Assembly (NCBI RefSeq): GCF_001194135.2
Contig: NC_068986.1
Coordinates: 107,547,247 to 107,592,367 of the forward strand
From: Octopus bimaculoides
Lineage: Eukaryota
Direction of reading: 5' to 3'
Length of the DNA: 45,121 nucleotides
Within the stretch, counting starts at the first letter, position 1, and the number at the start of each line of letters is the position of its first letter. The notes under the pieces were generated by a model. The model was not told where the DNA came from, did no database searches, and saw only the letters and a list, made by a program, of their open reading frames with translations. The translations under genes were made by a program, and so were the position numbers. Positions 34,950 to 45,121 of this stretch are shown here, piece by piece.

Positions 34950-37170
34950 AGATATGCGATGCTGAACGTCACTGGAGCTAATTTATTTCGTGACAAAGGA
35001 GTTACAACAGTTGTTGAACATGAGAGGAGAGTTAGTGATTGCAGTTTTATTCCCAGCAGTGTGAACAGGCCCAAATATCAGTAGAGGAACGTATTCATAA
35101 AATACACACGCCAATACCACTTATGACAACAGACCAGACACCGATTGCTATATTGTAGCCTTGCAGTAAGGATGGCGATGTACGTCTAGCTGTCAGTTAC
35201 TATAATATCAACCATGATAATAAGTGTTTAGGCGTGAGAAAAATGTAAATTATTGACATGTATTCTCAATGAAACGTTCCAAGAGAAAATTACGTCGTTT
35301 TAAAAACTCTTGCTAGAAGACAGATCCTATTTTATTGTCAATAATGATAAAAATCAAATATTGATAATAGTCAAATATTGATAATAATGAAATATTTATA
35401 AAAGTTCCACTAAGTTGATTAACGATACAGGCAGAAAATATTTGCTACAAAGTTTTATTCCTTCATTTTCTGGCAAATAAATACCATTTTATATGTCATC
35501 TCCAGTGCTACTAAACAATATCTTGATGTTACTAAAAAAAAAAATAAAAAAAAAAATACCATCATTGATTTGCAAAATGGCAAAAATTATTGTTTATTTC
35601 CGAAAGATTGTCAGTCTTGGGAAGATACTAATCACAGGAAAAGAAATAAATAAGGGCATTTCTGGAAAGAGAGAAAACTTATATATAAATTCATATTCAT
35701 GGCGTGTCCTGGCAGCCAGCTGTCGTAAGGGAGACAATCACTTTTAGATAATTCAGGAGGGATTGGAAGTTTGAATTTTAAATCGAAGAATAGGGAAGAT
35801 GGTGCACAGAATATACGCATTTAACATTTCTTTATTCTTACACACTCTAAATATCTAAGATTTCTTGTATGTAGCCATGTACAGCGCCACTTGATACATA
35901 TCTGAATTCGTCAGAATGGCATTGCCCTCCAACAAAAGTTAACAGCTGTCAGTGAGGAACTTCAACTTCAGAAGAAGATGGCTACAGGATGTAATAATTA
36001 ACAAGAATTTCAGTAGAAATCTATTCGCAGTCTAAAGAGATATGACACGACAATCAATAAAAGTCACAGTCACCTTGTCAGGAAGATACAGATTCATGCA
36101 GTAAAAACAAAAATCTGAAGTGAGTTAAAGGAGCCTTACTAGAAAGCAATGTGGCCTGAAGCCATCCGAAAGAAAGATTAGCTCTGCATTATATTAAAAG
36201 CATACAATATGAATGGTGATAATCTGGAGACTCTGACAAAATGACTTCTGAATAGTAAAGCACAGGAAAGAGATTTGATTTTCCCTTATTGGTAAAACAA
36301 CAGCGATCTTCTATGGAGGATATTTTAATGACCTTTACAAGCAAAATCTGAAAGGGCATATATGATATATACCAAACCGGTTTTCTTCAACTGAAACAAT
36401 GCTTATACGAAAAATAGAATAACCACCCACATGACGATGAACTAAAGAGAATGATTGTATTGTCGCTGTTAGAATAAAGTATTTCCCTGGTGTATCTCAA
36501 TGAAATACTCTCTCTATAATGCTGCTTATTACTTGCAGAGAATGCTTATGGCTGGTTTATTTTTCAGAAGATTTGAAAGGGGCGTAACTGGAATACAGGA
36601 CAAGAGAAACAGCATTTCAAACATAGCTTCTTGATGAACAGCGGGATTGTAAAATCAAGGCAAAAGTACAAATCAGTCCAGCAAAATCAGACTTCGAAGG
36701 ATGAGTAAAAATCCATTGTAATGTAACATGGCGCGCATAACTGAAGAATATAACAGCCTGGTGAAAATATGGCCCTCAGAACTGTACGTACACTATAAAT
36801 CAGTGGCGCACAGTATGTTTACTAAGCAATCGATCATACGAACATTCGGGACACTCACTTTGATGCAAGATGAGATCCGAGCTATTCATGTTAAAAACCA
36901 AATGCAGCCATTACCAGAAATGTTCACGACAGCAGTTATCAGCATCGAAGTGCATCTATAGAACAAATCTACATACATTATGCAAATAGCACTGTGTGGA
37001 ATAGAAAAAAGCTATACTGAAAGTATTCCCTAAATGACGACCATTGATACACAGCGAGGGGAGTTGGACAGCTCTGGCGCAACAAAACATCTAATAAAAA
37101 GGCTATTCGCAAATCACCAGAAGGAAATGGGTGACCATGTTGCATATGGTTTTAGGGTGACTTAGATAAG
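34950..37170 (+). mobile_element. Highly degenerate RTE-like LINE ORF2 (APE end, linker, RT)
   Basis: Ordered relics: INKSHSHLVRK (cf. SDHRLV, about 36060), GYFNDLY (about 36320), EDLKGA (about 36570), AIDHTNI, PEMFTTAV (about 36910) and HYANS (cf. RYADD, about 36980). Confidence 0.45.
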
Positions 37171-37193
37171 TAGAGACAGTGGATCAGCAAGTA

Positions 37194-37297
<104 letters not shown>

Positions 37298-37811
37298 CAT
37301 ATACATATAATAAAGTCGAGAAGTGTGTAATGATTCTAATAAAAATACGCTAAGTAAAGTCTTGGAGAATCATACTTCCAGGCAAAAATATCTAAAACTA
37401 TATAAAACGTTCCAAATGTTTATCCTATGATTGGTATATATACACACACTGACATACGTACATGCCTTTGTATACAGAAACACGGAGATCCACTTGCAAC
37501 CTTTGATACAAACATACATCACGCATGCGCAGATGCATATAAGCATTAGTGCATGTGTATATATGGATATATACATGCTCACATGCCTCGTAGCACGCAT
37601 GCATATACATGCCTAGATACATGCACACTTATATTCAGTCATTCATCCATCCATTCATTTATATATACATACATGCAAACATACATACATACATACATAC
37701 ATACATACATTACTTGATGGATGGACTGCCGTAAAGCTATTCTGATTGTTTGATCAACCGAACAGCCTAATCAATGAATTATAGTGAAAGTGTCTGAGTA
37801 GTACACACACA

Positions 37812-37822
37812 ACTATATATAT

Positions 37823-37921
<99 letters not shown>

Positions 37922-37922
37922 T
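37812..37922 (+). repeat. (TA)n/(GATA)n microsatellite
   Basis: Directly visible. Confidence 0.95.
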
Positions 37923-38539
37923 AAACCTGTACTATTAATGTAACCCTCAGCAGAGAACCTGAATAAATCAATATTAGGTTTCTTGAGTTATTGTTTCCAA
38001 TGAATATCATTTTCAAATAGTCTTATGCGATCACTTCTTGGCAGACTATTATAGTTACCAGAAACTTGTTTCTCAAAAGATATTCCTCATAAAGCTGATG
38101 GCAAAAGATTTAGAGTGTGTACAGTAAATTCCTTTCCATTAATCGAAAACTATTTAAATAGCTTGGATCCAGAATTTTCATTCAAGAATTTAAAAATTGA
38201 AAAAGACGATAGATGATTATGAAAAGAAGAATGTTTGGGTTTCTCCTTTTTAGTTGTTGAAAGTCTCTTGCTCACCTTGGCTATTCCTGGTAGAGGTTGC
38301 TTCGGGAAATATCTCACAAGTAAATTACTTCCAAAATAGTTTGTAATTATATTACAGTTCGTAACTCAATGGACAAGGTTGCAATTTTACATATTCATAT
38401 AACGTTGACGTCTTCAAAGTTTATGACAACAGATTATATTTAAAAATACATTGCGACAATCTCTGAGATTTTACTTCATTATTCGTTATTATTGTTGTTG
38501 TTGTTGCTGCTGCTGCTGCTGTTATTGTTATTTAGCTCC

Positions 38540-38880
38540 AGGAAGAGTGCGAACCGGAAGAATCATTAGCACGCTTTCTTCTGGCTTCAGGCTCTGATTT
38601 CAAATTCTGCCAAGGTCGACTTACCATTAAGTGATTGTATCTTTCCACCTTCTTCAGAAAACAGAATGTTATTCAAGGGACATTTGATCGTTATGTTTAG
38701 CAGGTCAAACTACCACGTAGAAGCCTTCACTTTGGCGTAAATCCAAGCTAATCGTTACCATTTTTTTACTTCGCGGTCGATAAAATAAGTACCAGTTGAT
38801 CACTGAGTTCAAGGTAATCAACTAGACCCTTCTGTGAAATGAATAATTCACGCCTTGTGCCTATAGTAGAAAAGGTTATT
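38540..38880 (+). mobile_element. SINE family A split by a 151-bp insert
   Basis: The head runs to gtcgac (38620) and the SINE resumes at gtcgataaaataagtaccag (about 38776), ending gccttgtgcctatagtagaa. Confidence 0.8.
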
Positions 38881-39126
38881 TAGTTACAGGCGATGCTGAT
38901 CGAACATGTCTGAGATCTAAAGTATTCTAACAGTAATCAGCCCAGCATTTAAGAATATTTACGATTACCATTAAGTGATTGTATCTTTCCACATTCTTTA
39001 GAAAACAGAATATTATTCAAGGGACATTGGAACGTTATGTTTAGCAGGTCAAGCTACCACGTAGAAGCCCTCACTTTGACGTAAATCCAAGCTAATCGTT
39101 ACAATTTTTTACTTCCTTATTTAGTA

Positions 39127-39451
39127 CAGGAGTTCTCAACCAGGGTTCATATAATATTTGGGGGTGGTGGGGCATGTAAGCAAAATAGTAAATTGTGCAC
39201 CCACAGAAGTATATTAAGTGTGCACGAAAAACTTTGCTTTTGATGTATTCGTTGCAAGAAACATCTAGATTTCTTTCTCGGGCGTTTTACACCGTTCGGT
39301 CTACACAAGATAACGTGTGCAAAGCAAAATAGGAATTTTGAAAGAAATATCTATAAAACTAGTTTTTAAACATCGAATGGCTATGAGGGGTCCACCAGAG
39401 TAAAATAGTAGACAAAAGGATCCATAGGTAAATAATGGTTCAGAACCACCG
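39127..39451. mobile_element. hAT (Charlie-like) MITE
   Basis: TIRs caggagttctcaacca / tggttcagaaccaccg. Perfect 8-bp TSD atttagta at 39119-39126 and 39452-39459. Confidence 0.85.
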
Positions 39452-40626
39452 ATTTAGTAGTAGAACTTTTATTTCAACAACTGCAGCATTTTAAGGACTC
39501 TTGGGGCTTGTCACAAAAATCTTCTTCTTCATATTTTGTTCTGCAAAGTTAGGAATGTTATATGAAAACAAGACTTTAAATGGTTTGTCGAAAATTGTTA
39601 CCAATAATTTGACACAAACGTATTCACATCTTTATGTTTGTCATTTCAGCACCGATGTTATCATGGAGTTGAAAAGTATGCGAACTTTTCAGAAAATATA
39701 ACATGTAAAGTAATGTTTCAATCACTCAGTTCGTTCAAAGAATGTGGATGGTATAAATATTTTACGTGTTGTACGATAAAGTGGTGAAGCGGAAGAAAAT
39801 GGAACTTGAAGATGGACTAATATTGTATGTGATTCAAGAAAGTCTCAGAAAAAAAAAAACATTCACCGGAAGGAACTTTAGAATAAGCAACACCAATAAT
39901 ATATATGTGTGTGTGTGTGTGTTTGTAAAAAAATAATGTGTCTTGAATGGCACAGCAATGCACTACAATAAGAGAGTATTGTAGTTCGCATGAAGCATTG
40001 TCTATNNNNNNNNNNNNNNNNNNNNNNNNNNNNNNNNNNNNNNNNNNNNNNNNNNNNNNNNNNNNNNNNNNNNNNNNNNNNNNNNNNNNNNNNNNNNNNN
40101 NNNNNNNNNNNNNNNNNNNNNNNNNNNNNNNNNNNNNNNNNNNNNNNNNNNNNNNNNNNNNNNNNNNNNNNNNNNNNNNNNNNNNATATATATATATATA
40201 TATATATATACTTTATTTGTGGGTTAACTAGGCTGACAATAGTTTCCTGTAAAGAGAGATCTCTACAATTTTCGAGCGTACCACACAGGAACATTGGTCT
40301 CCATTTTGGATGGGAATACATGATATTACACAAGTGTATAGGATTTTAAAATGAATAAGATAAATAAATCAATATACAGATCGTGGGAAGTAAGTTACAA
40401 GGAAATCTTAATTGTTGTCTCCTTTGCTTTAACAAGGAGAATGAAAAGGAAAAGACGTGCAATGATGATAAAGAGGTGCAGGGAAGGGGGAGGGAGGAGG
40501 AGGAAATAGTTCGTCAGAAAGAAATGAAATATTTAATGGTGTGTTCAATCCCCCAGGACACTAAATAATCCCTATGAGTTTTCCTTTCTGCCCATAGCGT
40601 CAGCTCACTGCAATTCCTGCTCACAC

Positions 40627-40696
40627 CTTTCCTCATAGCTGTCGGATAACAATCGTTCAAGAACCACATTAATGGCATCAGTCTTAGCAGTAGAGC
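40627..40696 (-). CDS. Candidate 70-nt coding exon (GSTAKTDAINVVLERLLSDSYEER, phase 1-2), Cys-loop receptor N-terminal helix-like
   Basis: Acceptor ataactgtttcag|G and donor AAG|gtgtga. The phase-1 frame is open with an amphipathic I/V..L.RLL..Y..R pattern; the phase-0 frame is also open. Confidence 0.45.
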
Positions 40697-40934
40697 CTGA
40701 AACAGTTATAAGTACTGTCCTACTTCCAGACCCAACAATTAAAACAATAATTTTAGTCTCAGGTTATTCCACTTTTATAGAAATTGAAACTATATTTAGC
40801 AAGCATACATTGCTAAAGTATGAAACCAAACGTATTAATTATTCAGCACTATTTATTACTTTTAATTACGAATTCATTATTTAGATTTGGTTATACGAAA
40901 AGGAAATTAGAACTGAAAATCCCATATTTTTTGT

Positions 40935-41108
40935 CTTTTATCTTTAGCTTGTTTCAGTCGTTAGACTGCGGCCATGCTGGAGCACCGCATTGAAGAAGTT
41001 TTAGTCGAATAAATTGACCCCAGTAATTTTTCGTCAAGCCTGATACTTATTCTACCTTCTACCGAACCGCTAAGTTGCGGGGACGTTAACACACCAACAC
41101 CGGTTATC

Positions 41109-41157
<49 letters not shown>
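40935..41157 (-). mobile_element. SINE family B 3' part abutting a (TAG)n tract
   Basis: ttgtttcagtcgttagactgcggccatgctggagcaccgc...gaaccgctaagttgcggggacg; (TAG)n at 41111-41157. Confidence 0.85.
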
Positions 41158-41159
41158 TA

Positions 41160-41520
41160 GCGGTAGTATGCATCATCAGAATCGTTAGAACTTCGGAAGA
41201 AAAGTGTTAGAGGTTCCGGCATTTTAAAGAGTTCTTAATTCAAATCCTGCTGAGGGATATTTTGGTGTGATCGATTAACCCCACTCCCCTCAAAAGCGCT
41301 AGCATTCCACCTAAATTTTTTTTCTTAATCTTAGAAAGAATTTAGGAAAATATGCCTCATGACATTCGTTTCGGTTCTTAACGTTCTGAGTTCAAATAGA
41401 ACCGAGGTTCACTTTGCCTTTCATCCTTTCATCTTTTAATCAAAAAAATAAAGTATTGGGGTAGATGTTATAGACCAATTTTTTCCTTCTAAATAACTTT
41501 GTGCTTATATTAGAAGCAAT
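41160..41520 (+). mobile_element. Two old SINE family A copies
   Basis: cagaatcgttag...ttcaaatcctgctgag and acgttctgagttcaaat...cactttgcctttcatcctttc. Confidence 0.65.
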
Positions 41521-41529
41521 AATTCTTGA

Positions 41530-41790
41530 TCTTGCTTGTTTCCTGCTTGCCAAGACGTTGCGTAATGCCTTCATGCTTTGGTGTACATATCGCGAATTCT
41601 TCTAATAAGCGGAGGTTTATTTGCAGTGTCGTGTCGAATGGGTTTATCACAAAAAGAAGTGAGAATGGATTGTATAAGTAACTCTTTATTCGCCTGGTCA
41701 AAAAAGACATGATTGTGAACATTATTCGTTGTCTTACTCATAATTCCCCTTAGCTTTCTGTAAAGTAGTAGAAGGTAGTGACACAAGTCA
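41530..41790 (-). mobile_element. Possible LINE RT fragment
   Basis: HVFFDQ...LIRRIRDMYTKA resembles RTE-type VFVDLEKAFD...IxxMYxxA; very degenerate. Confidence 0.3.
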
Positions 41791-41864
41791 TAATGGCGGT
41801 AACACCAGCATACACAAATACGCCCTCCTCCATTTAAAATGAATTTGTGGAGAAAAGTATTAAT

Positions 41865-42085
41865 GCGGCGAGCTGGCAGAATCATTAGCACGCCCGGGCA
41901 AAAGAAATGCTTAGCGGCATTTCGTCTGTCCTTACATACTGGGTTCGAATTCCGCCGAGATCGACTTTGCCTTTCATCTCTTTCGGGGTCGATAAAATAA
42001 GTACCAGCTGAGCACTGGGGTCGATGTAATCGACTTACTCCACTCACTAAATTTGCTGACTTTGTTCCAAAATATGAAACCAATA
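41865..42085 (+). mobile_element. SINE family A, full length
   Basis: gcggcgagctggcagaatc head, ggttcgaattcc B-box, core and tail. Confidence 0.9.
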
Positions 42086-43159
42086 TCAAAACGGATTTAA
42101 AAACGGAAAAACAAAAGGAAACAATATGAAATAAATAAATGAAGAAAAATTAATAAATGTTTGAGTGAAAATGGCTGTAATATTCATTTAAACATTCATA
42201 ATAAAACAAATAATAAACAGCAACATGAACAATACTCACAACCTCATACATTTTGCTGAGCATAAATTTGATGGCTTTCAAAACAGTTTTACGAGCGTTG
42301 CTGGCCAAATAAAAAAAAAAATATCTGGAAATGATAAAGATCTAATCAGAGCAACAATTTGTCACGAAAGACACATGGGGAAAAATAAAGTTGACATAGC
42401 TCTTCCTCGAGAAGATCAGAGTGCTTTCGACTTTGATATGTTCATCGACAATGCAAAATCATGCGGAAATATCTATTTAGTAGTCAAAACCGAAGTCTAG
42501 TGCAAACAATACCATACGACATACCATTTTTCATGATATATGTACACAGTGCCACAATATACGATCTAGCGTTTATTGGAGAGGTGGAACTAAATGCGGA
42601 AGACTTCTAGTCACATTCGAAAAGAATATTGCAGTATTCGAAAATGTTAGCCTCAACCTACCCGGGCAAAAGGACTTAACGATGCCTTATGCTGCGCCCA
42701 ACCTAAAAATGGGTCACGGGTATCTTTGGATTTATCAAGCATCAATATGATGAGTGGCGGGCAGGCAGATGGAAGGCAAATAATATGTGTGAGATCATAT
42801 CCCACTCACTTCAGATTGCTTGTAAACGGTTCTTCTCACAACAATGAACTGACAGAACTACTAAACGAACTCAAGGGACTGGGAGTTACGGGTTCCGAAT
42901 ATGAGAAACACGTAAATGATAAACTGCTGGGAAAAGAACGCTTGTCACCTGTAGACAATTAATGCCCAATTTCCAAGAGGATACGAAAGGTATTTTGCTG
43001 ATCTGACACAAAGGATGCTCACGGCCACCTTCGAGTATACTAGTTACAAGAAAATAACATGAATTCAAAGTTGTGGGGTGCTCAAGGCCAACCATGTTAG
43101 TTCTTACCGAAGTGAGGGTAGGTTACTCCTATGTGATAATCAAATTTTAGTAGTAATAA

Positions 43160-43374
43160 GGCGGTGAGGTGGCAGAATCGTTAGCGCGCCCGACAAAATG
43201 CTTAGCGGCATTTCGTCGGTCTTTACGCTCTGAGTTCAAATTTCGTCGAAGTCGACTTTGCCTCTCGTCCGTTCGGGTTCGATAAAATAAGTACCAGTTA
43301 AGCACTGGGGTCGATGTAATCGACTATCCCACTTCCCCAAAATTTCCGGCCTTGTGCCAAAATTTGAAACCTAC
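43160..43374 (+). mobile_element. SINE family A with TSD attttagtagta
   Basis: TSD at 43144-43155 and 43375-43386; the right copy runs into (TAG)n(CAG)n. Confidence 0.9.
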
Positions 43375-43378
43375 ATTT

Positions 43379-43423
<45 letters not shown>

Positions 43424-43836
43424 CAGCAGCAGCAGCAGCGCCCAACAGATACGTGGTTCGTGATAAGTCAGTTGGACAGTTTCTCTTATCTTCCTCGATT
43501 CAAAATGTGGTTTAAGATGTCTAATTTTTATAATTTATGTGCTTTTAGAACTTCAATTTTCAGTAAGTGCAGAGAAGATGATTGTGAATTTACATGATGT
43601 ATGCAAGTGAAGAGAGGATTCCTGTGACATTGAATTCTGCACAGAAAGTTGCCCATAAATAAAATCAAGCCAGCACGCTATAACGTACAAATACACAATT
43701 AAATTAAGAAATATTTGGGAATAACTTTACTTAGACAATAGAATGCGATGACAAGTCATTCAACTTTCACCTGATTTCAACGATGTTTAACATGATGTTT
43801 AATCAATCAATTGAAATCTATGATCTAAGAAAGTTA

Positions 43837-44841
43837 TGGGTGCACAGAAAGAGAGGAAACCTCTTCATCGTTCCACCATTTCCAATCTTGTATTTTTTAA
43901 ACATGAAATTTATCATAATATATTTCAACAATGCAGAAATTTTATTCATCAAAGTAAGTTCCATTACAATTAACATGTTGTTGCCAATGAATTATAGGTT
44001 TGTTTATTCCGATAATATAAACAACTGGAGTTCTGGAGCTGATGAACTCTTTGAATGCATTTTCAGCATCAGTTTGATTTTTGAAACCCTTCTCTCGCAG
44101 AAAACCATCAAGGTGCTTGAAAAACTGATAGTCGGTAGGAGAAATGTTTGGGGAATAAACTGAGTGGGGAAGAACTTCGTAGCCAAGTTCCTTCAACTCC
44201 TGGAGCGTCATTAGTGAAACGTGTGGTCGGGCATTGTCCTGAAGAATGACTGGCCTTCTTCTGTTGTCCATTCTGGGACGTAGTAGCAGGTTTTCGTTCA
44301 TTTTGGCAATATCATAGCAATGTTTCTGCAGTAATAGTTTTTCCGGGTTTTAAGAAGTTATAGTGGATGAGTCCAGTAGTACGACACCAAACAGTCACCA
44401 TAACCTTCTTTTTGAAGAGCTAGGGTTTAGGGAATGTTTTCGGTACTTCGTTTTGGTCCAACCATTGCGAAGAACGTTTTTTTATTATTGTACAGAATCC
44501 ACTTTTCATCGCAAGTTACAATACAGTCGAGAAATGGATCGGTCTGGTTACGGAGAAGAAGCGACGAGCAAATTTCATATCTGCGCATTTTCTGATTTTC
44601 ATTCAAATTGTGTGGTACCCATTTGTCGAGCTTTTTTGATTTTCCAATCGCATGCAAATGGTTGTAGGCAGTTTTCTTGCTAACTTGAAGTTCTTTTGCC
44701 AGTTCTTGGATGGATCTTTCTCTATGACGGTCTTTAATTGACCGTCATCGATGACAGATGGGCGTCCGCTATGCTCACGACCTTCAAGATTCGGGTTCCA
44801 ATGCGAAATCGTTTAAGCCATTTTCGAGGTGACCACTCACT
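43837..44841 (-). pseudogene. Mariner (D,D34D) transposon, frameshifted and 5'-truncated
   Basis: WVPHNL (cf. WVPHEL), IVTCDEKW (D1), ILQDNARPH (D2) and YSPNISPTDY (D3), with exactly 34 residues between D2 and D3. The putative end tgggtgcacagaaag follows a TA at 43835-43836. Confidence 0.92.
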
Positions 44842-45000
44842 GAGCTTCATTCAGTTCTTGCGTACCAAATCCACCCACAAGATTTTGGTCAGCTCGGGGC
44901 TACATTAGAAGACACTCGCCCAAGGTGCAACGCAGTGGGACTGAACCCGGATCCATGTAGTTGGGAAGCAATCTTCTTACCACTCAGCCACGCCTGCGCC
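44842..45000 (-). mobile_element. SINE family B head joined to the mariner
   Basis: Reverse complement ggcgcaggcgtggctgagtggtaagaag...gggttcagtccc... Confidence 0.85.
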
Positions 45001-45044
45001 TACATATATATTCATGTGCGTGTGTGTGTGTGTATGTGTGTGCG

Positions 45045-45078
<34 letters not shown>

Positions 45079-45082
45079 CGCG

Positions 45083-45121
<39 letters not shown>
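45001..45121 (+). repeat. Compound (TA)/(TG) microsatellite
   Basis: Directly visible. Similar compound tracts lie at 1-31, 6400-6672, 13005-13080, 18547-18730, 18960-19111, 23840-23887, 30880-30939 and 37670-37708. Confidence 0.95.

Noticed and set aside
38055-38213. 53-codon plus frame with GKRFRVCTVNSFP, reminiscent of an iGluR S1 start
   Set aside because: It ends in a stop at 38214, lacks the following conserved residues, and its length is unremarkable.
42484-42750. CxxCH (CTQCH) heme-binding motif in an open frame
   Set aside because: A five-residue chance match with no start codon, signal peptide or cytochrome context.

Overview
Eukaryotic, AT-rich, gapped draft-assembly sequence. 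There are about 10 N-runs (4485-4494, 11454-12111, 14141-14213, 18113-18546, 19039-19048, 19651-19660, 23888-24198, 25894-25949, 30940-31119, 40006-40185). The SINE families and microsatellite load look like an octopod cephalopod genome; this is inferred from recognition, not proven. No intact multi-exon ORF, rRNA, true tRNA or CRISPR array is visible, and almost all ORF-track entries are artefacts of gaps, microsatellites or antisense TE strands. The window is a mosaic of about 25 copies of one tRNA-headed SINE with a Deu/Nin-like core, three other SINE families and two decayed mariner (D,D34D) copies. It also holds non-autonomous DNA elements with recoverable TIRs and TSDs (hAT-like x2, piggyBac-like x1, GG-ended 8-bp-TSD Merlin-like x2), RTE and Tx1/L1 LINE relics, and two Penelope-like RT relics. 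One hammerhead ribozyme core is essentially intact and a second is decayed. The best host-gene lead is a pair of minus-strand exon candidates (40696-40627 and 8144-8089) that splice in frame to a peptide resembling the N-terminal helix and YxxRxxPxF loop of a Cys-loop ligand-gated ion channel. If real, most of the window is one intron of about 32 kb. All calls are by eye.
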